Sequence record: PZ445521.1
Origin: a phage
Reading direction: 5' to 3' (one strand)
Length of the DNA stretch: 64,000 nucleotides
Of this stretch, positions 51,833 to 60,612 are shown piece by piece. The notes beneath the pieces are model-generated. The model saw only the letters and a program-made list of their open reading frames with translations. It ran no database searches and was not told the origin of the DNA. The translations under genes and the position numbers were made by a program. Position 1 is the first letter of the stretch; each line of letters opens with the position of its first letter.

Positions 51833-52452
51833 TCAACTACCTCAATATCATAAACTTTAAATGTTCCAAATGAATCGTGTAATTTTTCTTTTGAAATAGA
51901 AGTTATTCTATACTTTCCAATTGGAATCATCCATTCTTGTTCACGCACAATCATCATTAAGTTATCAGTACGCTCTGAATCTAGCCCATCAGTATCTTCA
52001 TACGTGTACTTAAACTCAGTATTAGGAGAAGAAAGTATAATATCGCTGATATGGTCAGAATAATTAAAAGCTTTATTAGTTTTTAAGCGAAGTATTATTT
52101 TAGTAAAATATTCAGCGTAAGAAAAAGAACATGCTGTGAGCAAACTAGTAGTAAATGAATCTACTCTATTCGTTGAAAACACTTCTCCAACTTGTAAATC
52201 TTTAATAAGTTCTTCTGTTGATTTTGATATACCACGATATAACTGATAAGGTGATTTAGTTAAATGCTTTTTAATGATTTTATTCAACTGCCGATGAAGA
52301 GCTTCATTCTTTTTGGCTTCCATACATTGCCAAAGAACTGACTGCTCAAAGTCAGTAAATTTTTCACAGACCTTTTTATACATATCATATTGAAAATCGA
52401 CGCTTTCAGCTTTTATAGATAACTGTTCAACATCTGCAAGATTAATAATCAT
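51829..52452 (-). CDS. modB: ADP-ribosyltransferase ModB
   Basis: 207-aa ORF with EQE motif (REQEWMIPIG); ATGA overlap with modA. Confidence 0.7.
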   Translation of the reverse strand: MIINLADVEQLSIKAESVDFQYDMYKKVCEKFTDFEQSVLWQCMEAKKNEALHRQLNKIIKKHLTKSPYQLYRGISKSTEELIKDLQVGEVFSTNRVDSFTTSLLTACSFSYAEYFTKIILRLKTNKAFNYSDHISDIILSSPNTEFKYTYEDTDGLDSERTDNLMMIVREQEWMIPIGKYRITSISKEKLHDSFGTFKVYDIEVVE

Positions 52453-52519
52453 GATAGCCTCCGTATACTTCAGAAGCTATCATATCATCGTTAGAAAGGA
52501 AAGTAAACAACTTTTTGAA

Positions 52520-52702
52520 TTATTTTGCCCAGGGAGCCCAGGGCGGAGGGTCAAGATGGTATGAAGCTAGTTCTTCTAGAAGAGCATCTGGGGCTTCAAT
52601 TCCATAATTCTGTAATACTATACGGTACTCTTTCTTATAATCACTGGAATCATTCTGGTTATTCGTAGAATGATTATCTTCTAACATCTCAAATAAATCC
52701 AT
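52520..52702 (-). CDS. hypothetical small acidic protein
   Basis: ORF track. Confidence 0.45.
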   Translation of the reverse strand: MDLFEMLEDNHSTNNQNDSSDYKKEYRIVLQNYGIEAPDALLEELASYHLDPPPWAPWAK

Positions 52703-52710
52703 ATTAATTC

Positions 52711-53181
52711 CTAGCGATAAAAACCAAATTGACGATTAGCTTCAATAATCTTTCTTTCTTCTTCGGACATTCTCCAGCGTAGTCCAACGTCAAAATGAGC
52801 CCAGACCATCTTAACAAATGCATTTATATCTTTAATATCTTCAATAATGAATGTTTTACTTTTAAAAGGCTGACTCGCTAATTTAACTTTATCATCTTCA
52901 AACAGGTCAAAAAGACCATATTCATGAGCTCTTTTATAGCCTTTAATAGTTAAAGCTTCAGAAGAAGAAAATGGTGAATCTGTATTCTGCAAAATATCTT
53001 CAGTATGCTTTATAATTAGAATAATATTTTCTGGATATTTTCTTTCTTTTATATCTTTAATTAAAATATCCGGATTTTCTGCTAAAGGAATAATTAATGA
53101 GCATTTTTTATCAAGTGTATTTACTGATTTACCTTCTTTAGACATAAATTCTATTGAATAATGTTTTGCTACTTCAATCAT
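52711..53181 (-). CDS. hypothetical protein
   Basis: ORF track, 156 aa. Confidence 0.5.
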   Translation of the reverse strand: MIEVAKHYSIEFMSKEGKSVNTLDKKCSLIIPLAENPDILIKDIKERKYPENIILIIKHTEDILQNTDSPFSSSEALTIKGYKRAHEYGLFDLFEDDKVKLASQPFKSKTFIIEDIKDINAFVKMVWAHFDVGLRWRMSEEERKIIEANRQFGFYR

Positions 53182-53334
53182 GGGATTTCCTTTTGCCTAC
53201 TAATGGACCATCGGGAATTTTGTTTTCCTGGATATATTTCTCATTTTCTTCCATCATTTTACTGCCAATTTTAAGAAGCAAATCCAGTGCTTCATTTGCT
53301 TTAGCTTTAGCCTCTTCCAGCGTCATATCTTTGT

Positions 53335-53538
53335 TCACGATTTATCCCCATAGATGTCTCTCATCAATTTAAGCGCTGAGCGTTCTAATTTCTTTTCTTT
53401 CTCAGCACTAATCATTGATTTCATCCATTCTTCCGATTCGTTCTGCATTTCTTTATTTGCTTGTTCAACCCAACCATCATCAATGTACATTGAGTTTGGT
53501 CTATTGAACCATTCAAGAATCTTCTTGAGAGCTTTCAT
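53335..53538 (-). CDS. hypothetical small protein
   Basis: ORF track. Confidence 0.45.
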   Translation of the reverse strand: MKALKKILEWFNRPNSMYIDDGWVEQANKEMQNESEEWMKSMISAEKEKKLERSALKLMRDIYGDKS

Positions 53539-54010
53539 TTATTTTACCTAAAACAATAGTAGGAGCATTGTCAAATTTATGAATTTTTAGCAAATTTGGA
53601 TTTAAATTATTCCATAAAGAGGTAATAAAATATGATAGCGCACTTTCGTCCGTAATTATAAATTTATTTCCTTTATCTATTTTCCAATCATATATTGAAT
53701 CATATGAATAGAAGGATAACGGTTTATTATTATAATATGCTTCAGCAACATCAATATAGTTAGATTTAGTAAATGCTTGAATTGCCATAAATGGAGAATT
53801 TTGTACAGTTTCAATAATTCCGATCTTTTTAAGTTTTATTTCAACATCTTCTGGAATTGGCATTGAAATAAAATCTTCTACTAGATACATGTTATTGTCA
53901 TATCTTTTATCAATCATTACTGCTACGGTAATTGGAACATCCTTGACAAACGCCATACTAATGCTATTGATAGACATTTCAAACAAAATTGCTTCCATAA
54001 TTTTCCTCAA
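53513..54010 (-). CDS. hypothetical protein
   Basis: ORF track, 165 aa. Confidence 0.5.
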   Translation of the reverse strand: MRKIMEAILFEMSINSISMAFVKDVPITVAVMIDKRYDNNMYLVEDFISMPIPEDVEIKLKKIGIIETVQNSPFMAIQAFTKSNYIDVAEAYYNNKPLSFYSYDSIYDWKIDKGNKFIITDESALSYFITSLWNNLNPNLLKIHKFDNAPTIVLGKINESSQEDS

Positions 54011-54348
54011 TCACAAGATGTAGATGAACAACTAGAATCACAAGAACTTCCACATGAATCGCCCGTCCATACATAAACAGGAACATTAGTATCATATGAA
54101 TCAGAACTAGACTGTGTTTTCTGTGTGTTAGATGATGTAGTAGGTACTGACCAGCGCCAAGGATTTTTATAATATTCTTGGGCTTCTTCATAAGTCATAG
54201 TAACTGCTTCTACTGTTCCATCTCCCATATAAACATATTCAACTACAGTTAAAGGAAGGTAGTCATTTGAAATAGGAACTACACCTTCCCCAGGAGTCGT
54301 AGAGAAAAAATCCGTAAAGAAACTTTTAAACCAGTTAAAGATAAACAT
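54007..54348 (-). CDS. hypothetical protein with Cys/Ser-rich C-terminus
   Basis: C-terminal [19 protein letters not shown]; hydrophobic N-terminus. Confidence 0.5.
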   Translation of the reverse strand: MFIFNWFKSFFTDFFSTTPGEGVVPISNDYLPLTVVEYVYMGDGTVEAVTMTYEEAQEYYKNPWRWSVPTTSSNTQKTQSSSDSYDTNVPVYVWTGDSCGSSCDSSCSSTSCD

Positions 54349-54554
54349 TACAAAAAGCCTCTTTTGAATTCGACTTGCTTTTCACCATAATCATATCGAA
54401 TCTCTGCATTAAATTCGACAGAACCATCTGCGTACATCATAAATGAATGCACAACAACTTCTGTAGACCATGGTTGCAATTCATATTTCTTCATTACATG
54501 TCGTGAAATGATAATATCTAAATCTTCATTCGGTTTAATCCAACGATTTAACAT
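54348..54554 (-). CDS. hypothetical small protein
   Basis: ORF track; early promoter GTTTAC..TGGTATAAT upstream at about 54575..54612. Confidence 0.5.
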   Translation of the reverse strand: MLNRWIKPNEDLDIIISRHVMKKYELQPWSTEVVVHSFMMYADGSVEFNAEIRYDYGEKQVEFKRGFL

Positions 54555-54620
54555 AGTGCTCTCCTCTATAAGATAATTCTATTATACCATACTCATTTTG
54601 GAAAGTAAACCGTTTAAATG

Positions 54621-54647
54621 AAAAAAAAAGGACTCCCGAAGGAGTCC
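54621..54647 (-). terminator. C(UUCG)G stem-loop terminator downstream of soc
   Basis: Same 18-nt hairpin ggactcccgaaggagtcc as at 317..334, preceded by A9. Confidence 0.6.
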
Positions 54648-54653
54648 TTGAAT

Positions 54654-54899
54654 TTATTCACCAGTTACTTTCCACAAATCTTCATTTGCAGCAATCCATT
54701 CAGTACGTTGATTTTCTTCATATACTGTAGAATATGCTGCTTTTTCTGAAGGGAATGTCTGGTAATGAGCTCCAGAAATTTTGTGAACGTCAGAATAAAG
54801 AGGGAAAGCTACGGAAATTTCCTTTCCTTCAATTTTCTTATTTCCATCTAATTTCTGCTCAAATGTTTTGATATTAACATAACCGCGAGTACTAGCCAT
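54654..54899 (-). CDS. soc: Soc small outer capsid protein
   Basis: 80/81-aa ORF MASTRGYVNIKTFEQKLDGNKKIEGKEISVAFPLYSDVHKISGAHYQTF.. matches T4 Soc as recalled. Confidence 0.85.
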   Translation of the reverse strand: MASTRGYVNIKTFEQKLDGNKKIEGKEISVAFPLYSDVHKISGAHYQTFPSEKAAYSTVYEENQRTEWIAANEDLWKVTGE

Positions 54900-54929
54900 G
54901 TAATTCTCCTTTTATTTAAATTACATGAT

Positions 54930-54937
54930 TATTTATA
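54930..54937 (-). promoter_or_regulatory. late promoter TATAAATA upstream of soc
   Basis: Plus-strand tatttata about 30 nt upstream of soc ATG. Confidence 0.6.
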
Positions 54938-54982
54938 ATAAATTCTCGCGGCTTTTAAGTCGTCGTTTAAATAAACGAGCTA

Positions 54983-55501
54983 TTAATAGCCTCGATCTTG
55001 ACGTGCGAAATTTTCGGCATTTTTCAGATAATAAAGTTTAAAGATTTCCTCAGCTGACATTCCAAGAGCAATAAATTTATTCATAAAAAAGTGAAATTGG
55101 TCAATCAGTTCAAATTTAATTTCAAGCTGATCTTCAGGAGATAAGTCTTGAATTTTCTTGGATTGCATTTCAGAATAACGTTTCTTCCAAGGTTTCCATA
55201 CGGCAGAAGCTTCTTTTTCACCATTACTCATACCACCAAGAGAAGTATATAGCTCGCGAGTTTCATCTGCGATATAATCGTCTTGGTTTCGCAGCCAAGC
55301 AAGAACTTCTCCTGCGGTTTCAAGTGAATCAGGATGACGATTTGTTTCTGGCTTATCATTAGCCAAACGAATCTGTAAAGACCGCTGCATATCAAGCATA
55401 ACCTGCAATGGGTCTTTTTCATCACCGAGAATATCCCAGTATTCATTTTGAGCTTTATCAACACCTTCGATCAAATGAGCGCATTCATTAAAGTGAGCCA
55501 T
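54983..55501 (-). CDS. 56: dCTP/dUTP pyrophosphatase (gp56)
   Basis: 172 codons from MAHFNECAHLIEGVDKAQNEYWD.. with AGGAAA RBS; track ORF has 31-codon upstream extension. Confidence 0.8.
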   Translation of the reverse strand: MAHFNECAHLIEGVDKAQNEYWDILGDEKDPLQVMLDMQRSLQIRLANDKPETNRHPDSLETAGEVLAWLRNQDDYIADETRELYTSLGGMSNGEKEASAVWKPWKKRYSEMQSKKIQDLSPEDQLEIKFELIDQFHFFMNKFIALGMSAEEIFKLYYLKNAENFARQDRGY

Positions 55502-55572
55502 TATTTTTCCTTTCAATTCATGGGTTAGTAGATTAATTATACAATAAATATATAAAGCAATAAGGAGGACAT

Positions 55573-55773
55573 ATGGTACAAAAATTAATGGCACTTGTTG
55601 ATGCCATAAAAGGTAATAAGAAACGTATAGCTTTTACTATTTCTGCTATGGTAGGAATTTTACTCTGGAACTTTATTCTATCACCTGTTGCGATTGCACA
55701 TGGTATTAATATTCCAGTAGTTACTCTTGATACATTCGTAGATTTAGCATTTGCTTTAGTTGGGTTAATTTAA
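55573..55773 (+). CDS. small two-TM membrane protein on the opposite strand to flanking early genes
   Basis: Strong RBS AAGGAGG 5 nt before ATG; MVQKLMALVDAIKGNKKRIAFTISAMVGILLWNFILSPVAIAHGINIPVVTLDTFVDLAFALVGLI; 4-nt convergent overlap with gene 61. Confidence 0.5.
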   Translation: MVQKLMALVDAIKGNKKRIAFTISAMVGILLWNFILSPVAIAHGINIPVVTLDTFVDLAFALVGLI

Positions 55774-56798
55774 ATCTTGGCATATTTAGATAGCCGCATT
55801 TTAGCCATCAACCCCTGGGCAATATTATTTTTCATATATTCCATAATTTGTTCAGTGGTTGCACCTTCCTTTCTAATCATATCATTAACATCTTTTGATT
55901 TCCAGGGAGATTTATCCCAAAACATAACCCTTTCTCCTGCATCAACTAATTTAGTCATTCGCTTAATAGTGTCAGGATGACGAGGTTCATTATCTAAAAC
56001 CCACACACGTCTATCTTTAAATGGAACAACTTCTAGGTCTAATTGACCACCCGTAATAGCTATACCATTTTCAATAAAAAGTGAATCTATAGGTCCTTCT
56101 AGAACATATACATCACCATCTTTAACTCGTTCTACTCCATAGATTTTTGTTGCCTCAGGATAAGCTTTGATGGTGATATATTTTTGAGGAGCATCTTTCT
56201 TTAATGCACGTCCTTGAAAAGACTCAGCTTTTCCATTAGCATTATAAATTGGAATAACAAGACGAGGCTCAGAAATTTCCTTTTTATATGTTCCCGGTGC
56301 TATACTATTAACTAATTTAGGCCATTCGGTTGTAAACCAAAGATATTTCCATTTATCCTTTGGAATACAACGAGCTTTTACGTATTTTATAATTGGATGG
56401 TCTTCCGCCAGTTTATCTAATCTAACACATGACGGAAGAGATTTAATTATTTTCTTCTCAGGTTGTTTAGGAAGTTCTTTAGGTTTTTCTACTGGACGAC
56501 TTTTACCTTTTTCTTTTCTTATTTCAAAGATATACTCACGATATAAATCAGGTTCAAACTCCTTTAAATATATTCCGATTGGTGCATGATAGTTACAGTT
56601 ATAACAATGAATATTTCCTTCATTATTATCGCCATAATACCATCCACGAGCTTTATTCTGGTCGGTTTTTGAATCTCCACAAACAGGGCATCTAAACCGT
56701 AATTTAAAAGTTGAACTATTATTTACTTGTGTGAATTTAGGTAAATGGGCTAATGCACGATACGCAAACTCATTATCAATCCAAGGTATTGATGACAT
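55770..56798 (-). CDS. 61: gp61 DNA primase
   Basis: 342-aa ORF with N-terminal zinc ribbon (CPVCGDS...CYNCNYH) and Toprim domain. Confidence 0.9.
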   Translation of the reverse strand: MSSIPWIDNEFAYRALAHLPKFTQVNNSSTFKLRFRCPVCGDSKTDQNKARGWYYGDNNEGNIHCYNCNYHAPIGIYLKEFEPDLYREYIFEIRKEKGKSRPVEKPKELPKQPEKKIIKSLPSCVRLDKLAEDHPIIKYVKARCIPKDKWKYLWFTTEWPKLVNSIAPGTYKKEISEPRLVIPIYNANGKAESFQGRALKKDAPQKYITIKAYPEATKIYGVERVKDGDVYVLEGPIDSLFIENGIAITGGQLDLEVVPFKDRRVWVLDNEPRHPDTIKRMTKLVDAGERVMFWDKSPWKSKDVNDMIRKEGATTEQIMEYMKNNIAQGLMAKMRLSKYAKI

Positions 56799-56800
56799 TT

Positions 56801-56965
56801 TTACTCTTCTTTTTCTTTAGATTCCTCTTTTTTCTTTTTAGGAATCTGTTCAGGACCTTTATTTACTACAGCACCTGATGTTGTTCCAGTAGAGATATTT
56901 TCAGGATTACCACCTGAATCTCCAGCAACCATATCTTCTTTAATAAATTCTTTATATGTTTTCAT
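56801..56965 (-). CDS. hypothetical small Lys/Glu-rich protein (54 aa), not in ORF track
   Basis: MKTYKEFIKEDMVAGDSGGNPENISTGTTSGAVVNKGPEQIPKKKKEESKEKEE; stop 2 nt before gene 61 ATG. Confidence 0.45.
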   Translation of the reverse strand: MKTYKEFIKEDMVAGDSGGNPENISTGTTSGAVVNKGPEQIPKKKKEESKEKEE

Positions 56966-56966
56966 A

Positions 56967-57323
56967 TTAACCTCTATTCATAAAAGCATTAAAAATTTGG
57001 TCATCAATAGATGGCGCAGTAATATTTTCTGCATCATTTAGCAAATCATTAATTTCATCGGATAGCATAACACATGTACCTTTATTTCCTGTAATTGTTA
57101 CTGCACAATTACGAACGTTTTCTTTATCAAATTTTAGGTTAATATTTTCGTAGTGAAAATCCTTTAATGCCGAATATATCTTTAAAATGAAATTGTCTTT
57201 TACTACAATAAACCCAACCTCACTATTAAAACGCGGTTCATGGAAACTGTAATAAACCTTTTCATCTATAAAATCGTATGAAATTTTTTCCATTTTTAAA
57301 TATGAAAATTCAGAACTATACAT
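56967..57323 (-). CDS. hypothetical protein, single-domain member of a VKDN / SIDDQIFNAFMN family (61.1 position)
   Basis: 118 aa; C-terminus SIDDQIFNAFMNRG shared with next ORF. Confidence 0.55.
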   Translation of the reverse strand: MYSSEFSYLKMEKISYDFIDEKVYYSFHEPRFNSEVGFIVVKDNFILKIYSALKDFHYENINLKFDKENVRNCAVTITGNKGTCVMLSDEINDLLNDAENITAPSIDDQIFNAFMNRG

Positions 57324-57324
57324 A

Positions 57325-57957
57325 TTAACCTTTATTCATAAAAGCATTAAAAATTTGATCGTCAATAGAAACTTTTACTTTAGGCTGTTCTTCAAACGGT
57401 AATTCATATCCACATATTACAATTTTGTGATCGATACCAAAATACACAGAAGCAATATTATTAATATTATTTTCAGTGAAATCTAAATCAACATCAATAT
57501 CTTTTTGACTAACGCTCAAAGGATAATTAATACGAATAATTCGATTATCTTTAACAAAGATTCCACCGACATACTCTGTGCTGCGTTTAAAGTTTACACG
57601 TTTCCTAAATGAAAAATATTCAGGTTCTTTATGGGCTCGACTCATAGGGCTTAAAGTGTATTCCGAATATGAAATATCAAATCCTACACCTTCAATATGA
57701 GCCAAAGTATCATGATTAAACCAATTATAATCGTATGCCAAATCCATTAAATTGTAATATGTGAAAGGCACCGGATTAACATCATATGTTGTACCTTTAA
57801 AATCTGCCCAGGCAACGATTTCGTTATCTTTAACAATTACAAAAATTGTGCCAATAAGATATCCACGGTTATTTTCATCAGGTGTTATATTATAACATTG
57901 TGCATCAGGAAATTTACCGTATTTAAACGGTGGATTTTTGTGCATATAATAAATCAT
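57325..57957 (-). CDS. hypothetical protein with two copies of the VKDN domain (61.2 position)
   Basis: 210 aa; internal repeats IFVIVKDNEIVAW / GIFVKDNRIIRI; C-terminus SIDDQIFNAFMNKG. Confidence 0.55.
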   Translation of the reverse strand: MIYYMHKNPPFKYGKFPDAQCYNITPDENNRGYLIGTIFVIVKDNEIVAWADFKGTTYDVNPVPFTYYNLMDLAYDYNWFNHDTLAHIEGVGFDISYSEYTLSPMSRAHKEPEYFSFRKRVNFKRSTEYVGGIFVKDNRIIRINYPLSVSQKDIDVDLDFTENNINNIASVYFGIDHKIVICGYELPFEEQPKVKVSIDDQIFNAFMNKG

Positions 57958-57958
57958 A

Positions 57959-58252
57959 TTATTCGCCTGTGATTTCGGTTACGATATTTTTGTTATTAAA
58001 GTTTTTATCGCAATACAGAACATAATTATACTGCATTACACCACCAGACTTAAGTTGTTTTTGCACTTCAGCTTTCATTTCAGGACGATCGCGCTCAACG
58101 ATATTCATAATATCCGCTTCAATTTGAGTTTCAACTTCAGTCTGATCTGCAGTCATAGACCATTCACACAAATCTTTATCATATCCTGCCATAGCAGGCT
58201 GAGCAGCACAAGAAGCCAAAGTAAAAATTGTAGCAAAAATAAATTTTTTCAT
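57959..58252 (-). CDS. sp: Spackle periplasmic protein (superinfection exclusion / lysozyme inhibitor)
   Basis: 97-aa ORF with signal peptide MKKFIFATIFTLASCAAQPAMA. Confidence 0.8.
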   Translation of the reverse strand: MKKFIFATIFTLASCAAQPAMAGYDKDLCEWSMTADQTEVETQIEADIMNIVERDRPEMKAEVQKQLKSGGVMQYNYVLYCDKNFNNKNIVTEITGE

Positions 58253-58312
58253 GATAATCTCCTCAGTAGTTTATGTTTATATAGTATCTCAATTTCCAAC
58301 AAAAGTAAACAG

Positions 58313-58570
58313 CTATTTTAAAACTTCTGCGTAATCACATGTTACAAACTGTTTCTCTAGCTTAACGATTTTACGAAAATACCTTTTATACTGACGAATC
58401 TGCCTCTTCGTAGGACGTACAGCAAACTTAATAAATTCCACTCGACCAAATGGAGGACTTTCTTCTGCTGGAATATCTAGCACCAATTCCCACGTATCTG
58501 CAATAAGTGCTTTGAATTGAGTATTTTTCCTGACGTTATACGGAGTAGGTTTAAATAAAACAATATGCAT
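58313..58570 (-). CDS. hypothetical basic protein (61.4 position)
   Basis: 85-aa ORF adjacent to dmd. Confidence 0.5.
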   Translation of the reverse strand: MHIVLFKPTPYNVRKNTQFKALIADTWELVLDIPAEESPPFGRVEFIKFAVRPTKRQIRQYKRYFRKIVKLEKQFVTCDYAEVLK

Positions 58571-58571
58571 A

Positions 58572-58754
58572 TTATCCTCGGCAATCTACTTCACATACTT
58601 TCTTGTCATCAATGAAAGCTTTAACTAATGCTTTATTAACTTCAGCATATTGAGTAGTAGCCCATTGAACGTCATCTTTCATCATTGTGGTTTCTTTAGT
58701 AAACATGCTTTCATTCTTAAACCACCCCATAAAAACTACCTTTACCAATTCCAT
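58572..58754 (-). CDS. dmd: Dmd, inhibitor of host RnlA/LsoA toxins
   Basis: 60-aa ORF MELVKVVFMGWFKNESMFTKETTMMKDDVQWATTQYAEVNKALVKAFIDDKKVCEVDCRG matches T4 Dmd as recalled. Confidence 0.85.
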   Translation of the reverse strand: MELVKVVFMGWFKNESMFTKETTMMKDDVQWATTQYAEVNKALVKAFIDDKKVCEVDCRG

Positions 58755-58812
58755 AACAATCTCCTCATTTAACCAACAAGACTACTATACCATAGTCTCG
58801 TCAGCTTGTAAA

Positions 58813-60240
58813 CTAAAATTTTAATTCATTCGCCAAAGCATCTAACTGAGCTCGAGTGGATTCATTTCTTTGATAGCGATTCTGCTCAGCCTGAATCTGT
58901 TGTGAACCTGCTACTTCACTCACTTCAGTTGGAGTAGAATCTTGTTCGATTTCTACCCATTTCTGATTTCCCTTTTGAACACCCATCAAAAACTTATTCC
59001 ATTTATTTTTATCACCATATCGTGATTTGATTTGCTTAATGAGTTGTTGTTCAGCAGCTGCTAACTCCTCGGTTTCAATGACCGCAAGCATAAAATCGGC
59101 TGTTGCTGGAAGACCGGCAGATTCTGCAATATCGCTCATGTTAACATCGGAAGAGTCCCAAGCTTGTTTACCAACCTGTGCTGCAGTCCAAAGAACAGTT
59201 TCGGTTTCAACAGCAAGAGCACGCAATTCCTCTGCAATAGCTTTAACAGTTGTGTAACTATTTTCTGAATAAACTCTAATGCGGCAAGATTTACAAATAC
59301 CCAGATAGTCGACAATAATGATTGTTGGAACAAAATTCTTCTTAAGCTTCAATTCGTTTAAAAGTGATCGAAATGTATTAGCATCTGCTCCACCAGTAGG
59401 ATACTGTTTAACGATTAAACGACCGAGAGTAGATTTCTCGCGCCATTTTTCCATTTTTCCTTTATACTCAGCGTAAGAAATATGCCCATCATCAATGTCA
59501 TCAAGAGAAACATCAAGCATGTTAGCGTCAATACGCTTAGCACAGACTTCTTCTGCCATTTCCATGGAAATGTAAAGAACATTATGTCCGAGCTGTAAAT
59601 AATCTGCCGCTAATGAACACAATCCTAATGATTTACCAACGTTAACGCCAGCCATTAAAACGTTCAGTGTTCCAGTTTCAGCTCCGCCTTTAGTAATTTT
59701 GTTTAGAATTCTGAGTTTAAATGGAACCTTACGAGCTTTATTCATATAAGATAGCCAACGCGCTTCATAGTCATCCATCCAATCATGACCAACGTAGCTA
59801 TCAAATGAAATTGATAATGCTTGGCGCATGATGTCAGGAATAGCACCTACATCTGGCATTTTCTTATTTCGTTTTTCCGGAGGAAGCTCAGCATTAGTTT
59901 GAATTTCGATTATTTTAGACGTAGCATTAAACATCGCCCTTTGCTGAACATATTTTTCTGTTTCTTTTACTAACCAGCTGTGGTCTTCTGGAGAATCAGC
60001 CAGTTTTGAAATAAGTGTTTTTACACCAGAATATTCTGTTTCAGTAAATGAACTATTTTCTAATGCAACATTTAATGCATTAATAGATGGAACGCTATGA
60101 TACTCATTAACATGAGATTTAATTAATTTGAATGTATTTTTAGCTGGACCACTTTCAAAATATTCTGAATCCATATATGGCCAAACTTTTGAAAAATAAG
60201 CTTGATCAAATATAAGATGAGAAAGAATAATTTCTACCAC
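58813..60240 (-). CDS. 41: gp41 replicative DNA helicase (DnaB-like)
   Basis: 475-aa ORF with Walker A GVNVGKS. Confidence 0.9.
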   Translation of the reverse strand: MVEIILSHLIFDQAYFSKVWPYMDSEYFESGPAKNTFKLIKSHVNEYHSVPSINALNVALENSSFTETEYSGVKTLISKLADSPEDHSWLVKETEKYVQQRAMFNATSKIIEIQTNAELPPEKRNKKMPDVGAIPDIMRQALSISFDSYVGHDWMDDYEARWLSYMNKARKVPFKLRILNKITKGGAETGTLNVLMAGVNVGKSLGLCSLAADYLQLGHNVLYISMEMAEEVCAKRIDANMLDVSLDDIDDGHISYAEYKGKMEKWREKSTLGRLIVKQYPTGGADANTFRSLLNELKLKKNFVPTIIIVDYLGICKSCRIRVYSENSYTTVKAIAEELRALAVETETVLWTAAQVGKQAWDSSDVNMSDIAESAGLPATADFMLAVIETEELAAAEQQLIKQIKSRYGDKNKWNKFLMGVQKGNQKWVEIEQDSTPTEVSEVAGSQQIQAEQNRYQRNESTRAQLDALANELKF

Positions 60241-60249
60241 ACTTACTCC

Positions 60250-60612
60250 TTAAAAGAATTTAAACTTTTTCTTTGACCTTTTATTAAATGCATCTTGTAG
60301 TTGCATTGTAATACATTTTTCTACATGAGGAGCTAACTCAGCTTTTCTTTCTTGGTCAAGAACAGCAAAGTCCATTACAACCTTTCCATCAACCCAATCC
60401 AGTTTTGTTACATACACTATATGTGTAGAACCATCTTCTAGTTTAATGACAATCTCCTGGATAACATTTTCCATGGCAGATTTAATTATCTTAAGAGACT
60501 CATTAAAAAGACGTTCTTTTCTTTCTTCTTCCCCCTCCGAAGAGGGGGATTCATCGATAATTTCTAGATCTAAATCTAAATCATCTTTATTCATTAAATT
60601 CTTCCATATCAC
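60250..60612 (-). CDS. 40: gp40 head vertex assembly chaperone (alternative start at 60594)
   Basis: 120-aa ORF between 41 and uvsX as in T4. Confidence 0.7.
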   Translation of the reverse strand: MIWKNLMNKDDLDLDLEIIDESPSSEGEEERKERLFNESLKIIKSAMENVIQEIVIKLEDGSTHIVYVTKLDWVDGKVVMDFAVLDQERKAELAPHVEKCITMQLQDAFNKRSKKKFKFF

